NCBI RefSeq assembly: GCF_001457615.1
Contig: NZ_LN831024.1
Location: forward strand, 1,590,001-1,622,000
DNA length: 32,000 nucleotides
Direction of reading: 5' to 3'
Source: Pseudomonas aeruginosa
Lineage (GTDB): Bacteria; Pseudomonadota; Gammaproteobacteria; Pseudomonadales; Pseudomonadaceae
This document shows positions 18,046-26,277 of the stretch, in pieces. Positions within the stretch are counted from its first letter, which is position 1. Each line of letters begins with the position of its first letter. The translations under genes and the position numbers were made by a program. A model generated the notes under the pieces. The model made no database searches, was not told the origin of the DNA, and saw only the letters and a program-made list of their open reading frames with translations.

Positions 18046-19386
18046 ATGCCGAGGTCTCCCTTGTTCAGCCAATTTCCCCTCCACGAACGCCTGCTGAAGG
18101 CACTGGAAAGCCTGTCCTTCAGCGAGCCGACGCCGGTCCAGGCCGCGGCCATTCCCAAGGCGCTGGAGGGGCACGACCTGCGGGTCACGGCGCAGACCGG
18201 CAGCGGCAAGACCGCGGCCTTCCTGCTGCCGCTGCTGCACCGCCTGCTGGCCGAGGACAAGCCGCGCTCCCTGGCGCGCGCGCTGATCCTCCTGCCGACC
18301 CGCGAGCTGGCCCAGCAGACCCTCAAGGAAGTCGAGCGCTTCGCCCAGTTCACCTTCATCAAGGCCTGCCTGATCACTGGCGGCGAGGACTTCAAGGTGC
18401 AGGGCGCGCGCCTGCGCAAGAACCCGGAGATCATCATCGGCACCCCCGGCCGCCTGCTCGAGCAGCGCAACGCCGGCAACCTGCCGTTGCAGGACATCGA
18501 GGTGCTGGTGCTGGACGAGGCCGACCGCATGCTCGACATGGGCTTCGCCGACGACGTGCTGGCCCTGGCCAATGCCTGCCCGGCCGAGCGCCAGACCCTG
18601 CTGTTCTCCGCGACCCACAGCGGCGCCGGGTTGAACAGGGTGATCGCCGAGGTGCTGCGCGAGCCGCAAGTGCTGCGCCTGAACCAGGTCGGCGAGCTGA
18701 ACGAGAACGTCCGCCAGCAGGTCATCACCGCCGACGACGTGGCGCACAAGGAACAGTTGCTGCAATGGCTGCTGAGCAACGAGACCTACACCAAGGCCAT
18801 CGTCTTCACCAATACCCGGGTCTCCGCCGATCGCCTGACCGGGCGGCTGATCGCCAACCAGCACAAGGTCTTCGTCCTGCATGGCGAGAAGGACCAGAAG
18901 GACCGCAAGCTGGCCATCGAGCGCCTGAAGCAGGGCGCGGTGAAGATCCTCGTCGCCACCGACGTCGCCGCACGCGGCCTGGACGTCGAAGGCCTGGACC
19001 TGGTGATCAACTTCGACATGCCGCGCAGCGGCGACGAGTACGTGCACCGCATCGGCCGGACCGGTCGCGCCGGCGCCGAGGGCCTGGCGATCTCGCTGAT
19101 CTGCCATGGCGACTGGAACCTGATGTCGAGCGTCGAACGCTACCTCAAGCAGAACTTCGAACGACGCAACATCAAGGAACTGAAGGCCGCCTACCAGGGG
19201 CCGAAGAAACTCAAGGCGTCGGGCAAGGCCGCCGGCAGCAAGAAGAAAAAGCAGGACAGGAAGGGCGCCGCCGCCAAGCCCGCGGCCAAGCGCAAGCCCG
19301 CCGCGCGGCCGAAGGCCGGGCCGTCGGCGGTGGTCAGCGCCGACGGCATGGCGCCGCTCAAGCGCAAGAAGCCGACGGCGGAGTGA
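18046..19386 (+). CDS. DEAD-box ATP-dependent RNA helicase (SrmB-like) with a basic C-terminal tail
   Basis: 446 aa. Q motif (FSEPTPVQ), motif I AQTGSGKT, Ia PTRELA, II DEAD, III SAT, V ATDVAARGLD, VI HRIGRTGRAG. FDMPRSGDEYVHRIGRTGRAG resembles E. coli SrmB. Lys/Ala/Pro-rich tail. Confidence 0.93.
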   Translation: MPRSPLFSQFPLHERLLKALESLSFSEPTPVQAAAIPKALEGHDLRVTAQTGSGKTAAFLLPLLHRLLAEDKPRSLARALILLPTRELAQQTLKEVERFAQFTFIKACLITGGEDFKVQGARLRKNPEIIIGTPGRLLEQRNAGNLPLQDIEVLVLDEADRMLDMGFADDVLALANACPAERQTLLFSATHSGAGLNRVIAEVLREPQVLRLNQVGELNENVRQQVITADDVAHKEQLLQWLLSNETYTKAIVFTNTRVSADRLTGRLIANQHKVFVLHGEKDQKDRKLAIERLKQGAVKILVATDVAARGLDVEGLDLVINFDMPRSGDEYVHRIGRTGRAGAEGLAISLICHGDWNLMSSVERYLKQNFERRNIKELKAAYQGPKKLKASGKAAGSKKKKQDRKGAAAKPAAKRKPAARPKAGPSAVVSADGMAPLKRKKPTAE

Positions 19387-19414
19387 TTGCGCGCCGCCGA
19401 CCGCTTCGGAGGGT

Positions 19415-19482
19415 GGATAACCGTTTGCGGTTATCCGCCGCGCCGGCGTTGGATGGCGGATAACGCCGCTGGCGCTGTCCGC
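19415..19482. repeat. REP-type palindrome pair (GGATAAC-core family)
   Basis: GGATAACCG-TTTG-CGGTTATCC (19415-19436, 9-bp perfect arms) and GCGGATAACGCC-GCT-GGCGCTGTCCGC (19456-19482). This is the same two-palindrome family as the array at 22771-23205. It lies between convergent genes. Confidence 0.75.
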
Positions 19483-19507
19483 CCCGGGGGACTGCCTGGC
19501 CCCGTTC

Positions 19508-21223
19508 TCAGCTCCCCGCCGTCGCGCCCGCCTCGTCGTTGGCCGGCGGCGTGGCACTCTTCACCAGCGGCGTATCGTAGCTGCTGGCCTCGTAGCTCAC
19601 GCAATGGCGGATCTGCGGCGGACCGTCGCCGGCATGCAGGGCGGTGACGTTGTCGATGACGATCTTGTCGGCCAGGGTCATGCGGTCGAGCATGCGCAGG
19701 TGCTGGATCCAGTTGTCCACCAGGAACAGTTCCTGCCAGACCTCCGGGTTGCTCACGTCGCGGAACAGCGACCAGCGCTCCGCGCCGTTGCGCAGGCGCA
19801 GGCGGCGCAGCGGCTGGGCGGCGCGAACGAAGTCGCGGGTGCGCTCGGCGGGAATCCGGTATTCGATGGAGACCAGCACCATGCCCCGCCGCGTGTTGAA
19901 GACGAAGCTCGGCTGCCCGGGCATGCTCGCCGGCGCGCGGGAAATACTGGCGGCGTCCATTTCCGGCAGGCGCGAGTTGTACAGGAGGATCACCGAGGCC
20001 AGCAGCAGGCAGCCGGCGGCCAGCAGCGCGCCGTGCACGGTCATGGTCTCGGCGAGATGGCCCCAGAGGAACGAACCCAGCGCCAGGCCACCGTACAGCG
20101 CGGTCTGGTACAGCGCCAGGGCGCGCGCCTTGATCCAGTCGGGGACGAGGATCTGCACCGCCGAGTTGTAGGTGGCGAGGGCGCCGATCCAGCAGCCGCC
20201 ACCGAGGATCAGCACCGGGAACAGGACCCAGAGATTGTCCACCAGGCCGAGGGTCAGCAGGATCAGCGCCAGGGTGAAGCCGGCCAGGCTGATCAGCCGG
20301 CTGCTGCCGATCCGCTGGCGCAGGCGCGAGACCTGGGTGCTGCCGAGGATCGCGCCGAGGCCGAGGGCGCCGAGCATGTAGCCGTAGATCGCCGCGTCGC
20401 CGTCCGGGTTGCGGTGCGCCAGCAGCGGCAGCAGGGCCCAGACCGCGCTGGCAGAGAGGCCGAAGGCGAAGGAGCGCATCATCACCAGGCGGGTGACGGT
20501 GGAGTACTGGGTGAAGCGCAGCGCCGCGGTGACGCCTTCGAGGATGCCTTCCGGCGGCAGGCTGCGCTTGGGCACGTCGCGCCGCCACTGCCAGATCGCC
20601 CAGATCAGGGCCATGTAGCAGAAGCTGTTGAACAGGAACACCCAGGCCGGTCCCACCGCGCTCAGCAACAGGCCGCCGAGGGCCGGGCCGGCGGCGCGGG
20701 CGACGTTGTAGTTGACGCTGTTGAGCAGCACCGCGTCGCTGACCATGCGCGCCGGCACCTGCTCGTTGACCGCCGCCTGCCAGGCCGGGATGGTCACCGA
20801 GCCGCCGAGGGAGATCCAGAGGATGGAGATGATCAGCAGCACCGGGTCGAGGTAGCCGAGGAAGGCCAGCAGGGTGGCGAACATCGCTCCGGTCATCTCG
20901 AAGCTGAGCCCCCAGAGCATGATCTTGCGCCGGTCGTGGTTGTCGGCGATGACCCCGGAGAGGATCGACAGCAGCACCAGCGGCAGTGCCGCGGCGACCT
21001 GGATCATCGCCACCATCAGCGGGCTGGCGTGGGCGTCGGTGACCACCCAGGCGGCGGCCACCGACTGGGCCCAGGTGCCGAGGTTGGCGAACAGGTTGCA
21101 GATCCAGATGATGCGGAAGGCCTGGATCGAGAACGGCGCCCAGGTGCCGGTGCGTTCTGGCTTGGCCGCTTGGCCTTCGGGTTTGAGGGGCAGGTCGTGC
21201 TTGGGCGAAACGGACTGGAGCAT
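19508..21223 (-). CDS. MFS_3 (EntS/'transmembrane secretion effector'-type) transporter with a roughly 150-aa soluble C-terminal domain
   Basis: 571 aa. 12-TM MFS body (residues about 30-415), then a hydrophilic tail containing VLVSIEYRIPAERTRDFV...WSLFRDVSNPEVWQELFLVDNWIQHL. Confidence 0.8.
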   Translation of the reverse strand: MLQSVSPKHDLPLKPEGQAAKPERTGTWAPFSIQAFRIIWICNLFANLGTWAQSVAAAWVVTDAHASPLMVAMIQVAAALPLVLLSILSGVIADNHDRRKIMLWGLSFEMTGAMFATLLAFLGYLDPVLLIISILWISLGGSVTIPAWQAAVNEQVPARMVSDAVLLNSVNYNVARAAGPALGGLLLSAVGPAWVFLFNSFCYMALIWAIWQWRRDVPKRSLPPEGILEGVTAALRFTQYSTVTRLVMMRSFAFGLSASAVWALLPLLAHRNPDGDAAIYGYMLGALGLGAILGSTQVSRLRQRIGSSRLISLAGFTLALILLTLGLVDNLWVLFPVLILGGGCWIGALATYNSAVQILVPDWIKARALALYQTALYGGLALGSFLWGHLAETMTVHGALLAAGCLLLASVILLYNSRLPEMDAASISRAPASMPGQPSFVFNTRRGMVLVSIEYRIPAERTRDFVRAAQPLRRLRLRNGAERWSLFRDVSNPEVWQELFLVDNWIQHLRMLDRMTLADKIVIDNVTALHAGDGPPQIRHCVSYEASSYDTPLVKSATPPANDEAGATAGS

Positions 21224-21439
21224 CAGATGGGTGCCTTGTATCAGCGTGCCTGATGTCGGGAAAGTCTAGCCGCCTGGCGCCTGGGCGCCATTGATGGCGG
21301 TCATGGGGCCGGCCCGGCGTGGATAGACATTGGTCCGATGGCGCTATCGGAGAGTTCCGATGTCCAGGCAGGACAGTGCCCTGGGTGTCCCGCATTGGTA
21401 GGCTTGCCGGCACCGAGTCGAGACAAGAGCGAAAAGCCG

Positions 21440-22765
21440 ATGAAGTTGCTGTTGCGTTGCCTGCTGCTGGGGGCGTGGGTCGTCTCGCCGAGCCTGTGGG
21501 CCTGGTCCAACCATACGGTGGGCAGCTACCTGGCATTGCGCGAACTGGCGGCCATCCGCGAGGCGCCGGAAGTCGAGGTGGAGCCGCTGGAGGCGTTCCT
21601 CGCCGCCGAGCGCGGCGGACTGGCCGCCCTGCTGGACGAGCAGGAAGCCTACGCCCGAGCGCATATCGGCAACTACCCGGCGCGTCCGGACGCCCTGCGC
21701 TTCGCTGCCGAGGGCGAGGCCGGCGACTTGCGTCAGGCGTTCCTCGCGGCGCTGCGGGTCAACCCGGAGATCCGCCTGGCGCTGGCGCTCCAGCCGCTTC
21801 CCGGGCAGGACCAGCCGCAGCGCCCGCACCTCAAGCCACAGGAGGTGCTGGTGTTCCAGAACCTCTCGCCGTGGACCGCCTGGCGTTTCATCCGCCTGGA
21901 GCCCGGCGAGCGAGTCGCGCCCCTGGCAGTGCTGGCCACCGCCGCCGACGAACCGGACTACGGCCACGACATCAACCTGTTCAGCGACAACCCCGGCGAA
22001 GCCGGCCAGCGCTACGGCTTCGGCACCCAGCCATTCGGCGACCCGCGCTTCGAGTTCAGCTCCCAGGCGCCGTTCCACATGGGCTTCTATCACGAGGCGG
22101 CGGTGATCTACAGCGGCGCGCCGTTCCTCGCCCGGGCCTGGCCGGAATGGCGTGCCTACCAGTACTTCGGCCTGTCCCGCTTCGCCTTCGCCAACGGTCA
22201 TCCCTACTGGGGCTACCGGTTCCTTGGCTGGGGCATGCACTACATCCAGGACATCACCCAGCCCTACCACTCCACGCCGCTGCCCGGTGCCAGCCTGGCG
22301 GCGATGCTACAGATGGAGGGCAAGGCATTGCTCGGCTACCCGGAGGAAAAGCAGGCGGCCATCGAGCGTGTCGCGAACCGCCATACCGCGGTGGAGAAAT
22401 ACCAGTTCGACTGGCTGCGCCAACTGCTCCGCGACGGCCGCCCGCAGCCGATGCTCGACGCCTACGCCGACACCCGCCGCGACGGTGCCTATCCGGCCTA
22501 TTCGCCGACCTACTTGCGCGACGTGGTGGCCGCCGAGTCGAACGCCCACGCCGCGGCCTTCGACGCCGCCATCGGCGAATGGCTGGCCGCCCGCCCGGCC
22601 TCCGCCGCGCAGGACTTCAGCGAGAGCAACCAGCCACGCCCCGAGGCCCACGACAATGCGGTGCTGAACGCGCAACTGATCGAACTGATCGGGCATTTCG
22701 GCGCGCATAGCCGGAACATCGCCAGGGCGGCGTTGGAGACGGAGGAGGGTGGGGCGAAGGAGTGA
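21440..22765 (+). CDS. secreted zinc-dependent phospholipase C / P1-S1 nuclease superfamily protein (function unproven)
   Basis: 441 aa from ATG 21440. Signal peptide MKLLLRCLLLGAWVVSPSLWA, with Trp as the predicted mature N-terminus (WSNH). Candidate metal ligands follow family spacing: ADEPD, FHMGF, HYIQDITQPYH (H-x3-D-x5-H) and HTAVE (H-x3-E). Confidence 0.7.
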   Translation: MKLLLRCLLLGAWVVSPSLWAWSNHTVGSYLALRELAAIREAPEVEVEPLEAFLAAERGGLAALLDEQEAYARAHIGNYPARPDALRFAAEGEAGDLRQAFLAALRVNPEIRLALALQPLPGQDQPQRPHLKPQEVLVFQNLSPWTAWRFIRLEPGERVAPLAVLATAADEPDYGHDINLFSDNPGEAGQRYGFGTQPFGDPRFEFSSQAPFHMGFYHEAAVIYSGAPFLARAWPEWRAYQYFGLSRFAFANGHPYWGYRFLGWGMHYIQDITQPYHSTPLPGASLAAMLQMEGKALLGYPEEKQAAIERVANRHTAVEKYQFDWLRQLLRDGRPQPMLDAYADTRRDGAYPAYSPTYLRDVVAAESNAHAAAFDAAIGEWLAARPASAAQDFSESNQPRPEAHDNAVLNAQLIELIGHFGAHSRNIARAALETEEGGAKE

Positions 22766-22770
22766 GGAGG

Positions 22771-23205
22771 ACGGCGGATAAGCGGCGGATAACCGCGAGC
22801 GGTTATTCGCCCTACGGAGCGGGGGCGCAGTCCGGCGGTTCCGGGGTGTGCAGGGCGGATAACGCCATGGGCGTTGTCCGCCGATGTCGCGGATGAGCGG
22901 CGGATAACCGCGAGCGGTTATTCGCCCTACGGAGCTGGGGCGCTGTCCGGCGTTTCCGGGGTGTGCAGGGCGAATAACGCCATGGGCGATATCCGCCGAT
23001 GTCGCGGATAAGCGGCGGATAACCGCGAGCGGTTATTCGCCCTACGGAGCTGGGGCGCAGTCCGGCTTTTTCGGGGTGTGTAGGGCGAATAACGCCATGG
23101 GCGTTATCCGCCGATGTCGCGGATGAGCGGCGGATGACCGCGAGCGGCTATTCGCCCTGCGGAGCGGGGGCGCAGTCCGGCGTTTCCGGGGTGTGCAGGG
23201 CGGCG
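22771..23205. repeat. tandem array of about 3.7 copies of a 115-bp unit made of two REP-type palindromes (BIME-like)
   Basis: Unit starts are at 22782, 22897, 23012 and 23127, an exact 115-bp period. Each unit contains GGATAACCGC-GAG-CGGTTATTC followed by GCCCTACGGAGC, and GCGGATAACGCC-ATG-GGCGTTGTCCGC. Copies differ at only a few positions. The last unit is truncated near 23203. Confidence 0.9.
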
Positions 23206-23209
23206 AACC

Positions 23210-23228
23210 CGCCCCGCCAGGCGGGGCG
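23210..23228 (-). terminator. GC hairpin downstream of the yheU-like gene (putative terminator, no U-tract)
   Basis: CGCCCCGC (23210-23217), CAG loop, GCGGGGCG (23221-23228): perfect 8-bp stem, 10 nt beyond the TAA stop at 23239-23241. Confidence 0.4.
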
Positions 23229-23238
23229 ATGCCGAGAC

Positions 23239-23469
23239 TTAGTCGCGCAACAGCTCCGCAGGCACCTCGCTGCGCAACATCAACTGGCACTGCTGACTCT
23301 CCGGGTCGAACAGGATCACCGCCTCGCCCCGCCGCAAGGCATGCCGGGCGCGTTCTACACGCACGTCCAGCGGGGTCTCGTCGCCATTGTCGGTGCCTTC
23401 GCGGGTGACGAAGTCTTCCAGCAGGTTGTTCAGGGTGTCGGCTTCGAGCAGGTCGTGGGGGATCAGCAT
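23239..23469 (-). CDS. yheU: YheU-family small protein (UPF0270)
   Basis: 76 aa from ATG 23469, with SD GGAG 8 nt upstream. MLIPHDLLEADTLNNLLEDFVTREGTDNGDE...GEAVILFD parallels E. coli YheU (MLIPWQDL..TLENLIESFVLREGTDYG...GEAVLVW). Confidence 0.82.
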   Translation of the reverse strand: MLIPHDLLEADTLNNLLEDFVTREGTDNGDETPLDVRVERARHALRRGEAVILFDPESQQCQLMLRSEVPAELLRD

Positions 23470-23520
23470 TGGCGGTACTCCGGTATGGCGGCGAATGCTA
23501 GCGCGACGCATCGCGCACTG

Positions 23521-26277
23521 TCATGCCTGTCGCGAAGGCTGGCCGAGCAGGCGTTCGAGGGTGGCATAGAGTTCCGCCCGGTCCACCGGCTTGCCGAGGT
23601 AGGCGTCCATGCCGGCCTCGATTCCGGCCCGGCGGTGTTCGTCGAGGATGTGCGCGGTCAGGGCAACAATCGGTACGCGCGGCCAGCCCTGGGCACGCTC
23701 CTCCCGGCGGATCAGGCGGGTCGCCTCGAAGCCGTCCATTTCCGGCATCTCGCCATCCATCAGGATCAACTGGATGCCGTTCGGATCGCGCAGGTACTCG
23801 TCCAGCGCGAGCCGTCCGTTGCCGGCCAGGCGCACCGCGTAGCCGCGCTTGGCGAGGAAGCCGCGCACCACCAGCTGGTTCACCGGGTTGTCCTCGGCGA
23901 CCAGGATGCATGGGGCGTCCGGGCGTTCGTCCGGGGCCGCCTCGCTGCTCCGCCCTGGCTGTCGGCGCCGCTCCCGGTACAGTTCCAGCAGGGCTTCGCG
24001 CAGGGCCTTCACCGCCACCGGCTGGGCCAGGGCCAGCAGGCGCAGGCCTTCGTGCGGCGGCAGGTCCTGGCAGTGCTGCGGCGGGCATAGCAGGAGGATG
24101 CGCTGGCCTTGCTCCAGTTGCGCATAGAGGGTGTCCAGCCAGATCGACGGCGGCCCCGGCCAGGGCGCCGCCAGGACCAGCAGGGGCGGTGCGCTGAAGT
24201 CCTCCAGGTAGGCGTTCAGCCGTCTCGGCTGCAGGCAGCGTTCGACCCGCAGTCCCCAACGCTCCAGCAATGCCTGCAGGCAGTCCAGGGTCAGGTTGTC
24301 CTCGCTGGCCAGCAGGGCCGGGCGGTGTTGCAGCAGTTGCGCCAGTTCGTCCGCTTCGCCGGCGTCGAGGGCGGGGCTGAGCGGCAGGTCGACGCTGAAC
24401 TGGGTGCCCTTGCCCGGCTCGCTACTCACCTCGATGCGCCCGCCCATCATCTGCACCAGTTCACGGCTGATCGCCAGGCCCAGGCCGCTGCCGCCGTAGC
24501 GGCGGGTGGTGCTGGAGTCGGCCTGGGAGAAGGATTCGAACAGGGTCTTCTGCGCCTGGGCGGATATCCCGATGCCGCTGTCGCTGACGCTGTACAGCAG
24601 GCGCTCGCGTCCGCCCTCGTCGAAGCGCCGCTGCACGCGCACGGCGACATGGCCTTCGGCGGTGAACTTGAGGGCGTTGCTGAGCAGGTTCATCAGTACC
24701 TGGCGCAACCGTGTCGGGTCGCCGTTGAGGCGGCGCGGCACGCCCCTGTCCAGGCCGAGATGCAGGCGCAGGCGTTTTTCCACGGCCTGGGCGCTGAACA
24801 GCGCCAGGGTGTCGGAGAGCAGTTCCTCCAGGTCGAAGTCGATGCGCTCCAGGTGCAGCTTGCCGGACTCGATGCGAGCGTAGTCGAGGATATCGTTGAT
24901 CACCGACATCAGCGCGCTGCCGGAGCTGGCGATGGTCTCCACGTAGGCCGCCTGGCCGCGATCCAGCGGGGTGTCGCGGAGCAGTTGCAGCATGCCCAGC
25001 ACGCCGTTCAGCGGGGTGCGGATCTCATGGCTCATCTTCGCCAGGAAGCGGCTCTTCGCCTCGTTCTCCACCCGCGCCTGCTCGGCCGCCTGGCGCGAGC
25101 GGAAGCCTTCCTCCTTGAGCGCATTGATGCGGTCGGCGAGGCCGATGGACAGGGTCACCAGTTCCACGGTCATGCCGATCTTGACCACGCTGCTGCCGAA
25201 CAGGCCGAACAGTTCGAAGCCCAGCGAGGCGGCGGTGGTGACCAGGAACGACAGCAGCAGCGCGCCCCAGGCCAGGATGTAGTAGAGGCCGTAGCGCAGG
25301 CCCTGGCGCCAGACGTGGACGCCGGCCAGCAGCAGGCTGAGGGAGACCAGCATCACCGTCAGGCTGGCGAGGACGTTCCAGGCGCGCAGCCCCACCAGCG
25401 GCTCGCTGGCCAACAGGACCACGCAGGCCAGCAGCAGGCCGCGGAGGAAGCGGTCGAGGCGCGGGAAGTCGCGGCGGGTGTAGAGGTAGCCGCGGCTGAA
25501 CTGGATCGACACCAGGCAGCTCAGGTACATCAGCAGGTAGATGCCGGCCGACTCCAGCGCCACGTGTCCGGGCAGCAGCTTGAACAGCAGGCCGTCGAAG
25601 CTGGCGGAAAACAGGCCGAGGCTGAGGTTGTACAGCAGGTACCAGGCGTAGGTGGCCTCGCGCAGCGAGACGAAGAGGAACAGGTTGTAGCAGAACAACC
25701 CGAACAGCACCCCGTAGAAGGCCCCGTTGAAGCCCATCAGGGTTTCCTGGCTGGCCGCGCTGGCCGCGTAGGTGCTGAAGTACAGCGGCACGTAGACGGT
25801 GCTGGTGCTCTGCACGCGCAGCAGCAGGGTGCTCTCGCCGGGCGGCAGTCGCAGCGGGAACCAGAAGTTGCGCACCTGCACCGGGCGCTGGGAGAAGGCG
25901 AACAGGTCGCCGCTCTCCTGCTGTTCGATGCGCCCATCGGCGGTCAGCAGGTAGACCTTGAGGTCGTCCAGCAGCGGGTAGTTGATCTCCAGGAAACCGG
26001 CCAGGTCGGTGCCGTTGCGGTTGTCCAGGCGCACCCTGAACCACCAGGCTGCGGCGTTCTTGCCGAAGTTCGCGTGGTCGCCGCGCAGGGCGGCGAAGGC
26101 CTGCGCCGGCAAGGCGAGGATGTCGCCCAGGCGCGCCTTGCCGCCGGCGTCGCGGTAGTACTCGGCGTACTCGCCCAGGGACAGGCGCAGGTCCTCTCCG
26201 TCCAGCGGTGCGGGCGGCTGCGCCCGGGCCGGCAGCGCGCAGCAGAGCAACAGCAGGACCAGGCAGAGTCGAGACAT
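23521..26277 (-). CDS. hybrid sensor histidine kinase/response regulator with a 7TMR-DISM input module
   Basis: 918 aa from ATG 26277, with SD GGAG upstream. Signal peptide, periplasmic 7TMR-DISMED2-like region, 7 TM helices, H-box [12 protein letters not shown] box [11 protein letters not shown] boxes DSGIGI and GGSGLGL, a degenerate receiver-like segment, then a canonical receiver (ILVAEDN ... [13 protein letters not shown] ... LGKP). Confidence 0.9.
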   Translation of the reverse strand: MSRLCLVLLLLCCALPARAQPPAPLDGEDLRLSLGEYAEYYRDAGGKARLGDILALPAQAFAALRGDHANFGKNAAAWWFRVRLDNRNGTDLAGFLEINYPLLDDLKVYLLTADGRIEQQESGDLFAFSQRPVQVRNFWFPLRLPPGESTLLLRVQSTSTVYVPLYFSTYAASAASQETLMGFNGAFYGVLFGLFCYNLFLFVSLREATYAWYLLYNLSLGLFSASFDGLLFKLLPGHVALESAGIYLLMYLSCLVSIQFSRGYLYTRRDFPRLDRFLRGLLLACVVLLASEPLVGLRAWNVLASLTVMLVSLSLLLAGVHVWRQGLRYGLYYILAWGALLLSFLVTTAASLGFELFGLFGSSVVKIGMTVELVTLSIGLADRINALKEEGFRSRQAAEQARVENEAKSRFLAKMSHEIRTPLNGVLGMLQLLRDTPLDRGQAAYVETIASSGSALMSVINDILDYARIESGKLHLERIDFDLEELLSDTLALFSAQAVEKRLRLHLGLDRGVPRRLNGDPTRLRQVLMNLLSNALKFTAEGHVAVRVQRRFDEGGRERLLYSVSDSGIGISAQAQKTLFESFSQADSSTTRRYGGSGLGLAISRELVQMMGGRIEVSSEPGKGTQFSVDLPLSPALDAGEADELAQLLQHRPALLASEDNLTLDCLQALLERWGLRVERCLQPRRLNAYLEDFSAPPLLVLAAPWPGPPSIWLDTLYAQLEQGQRILLLCPPQHCQDLPPHEGLRLLALAQPVAVKALREALLELYRERRRQPGRSSEAAPDERPDAPCILVAEDNPVNQLVVRGFLAKRGYAVRLAGNGRLALDEYLRDPNGIQLILMDGEMPEMDGFEATRLIRREERAQGWPRVPIVALTAHILDEHRRAGIEAGMDAYLGKPVDRAELYATLERLLGQPSRQA

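Noticed and set aside
22771-23205. Regularly spaced repeats that could be mistaken for a CRISPR array.
   Set aside because: The entire 115-bp unit repeats, so there are no unique spacers between conserved repeats. The repeated elements are REP-type palindromes that also occur singly at 19415-19482. No cas genes or leader are present.
23042-23290. 82-aa minus-strand ORF, and the 5' part of the 318-aa plus-strand ORF (23134-24090), lying in the repeat array.
   Set aside because: They are generated by the in-phase repetition of REP units and by the antisense of the hybrid kinase gene. Their composition is Arg/Pro/Ala-rich and they have no SD.
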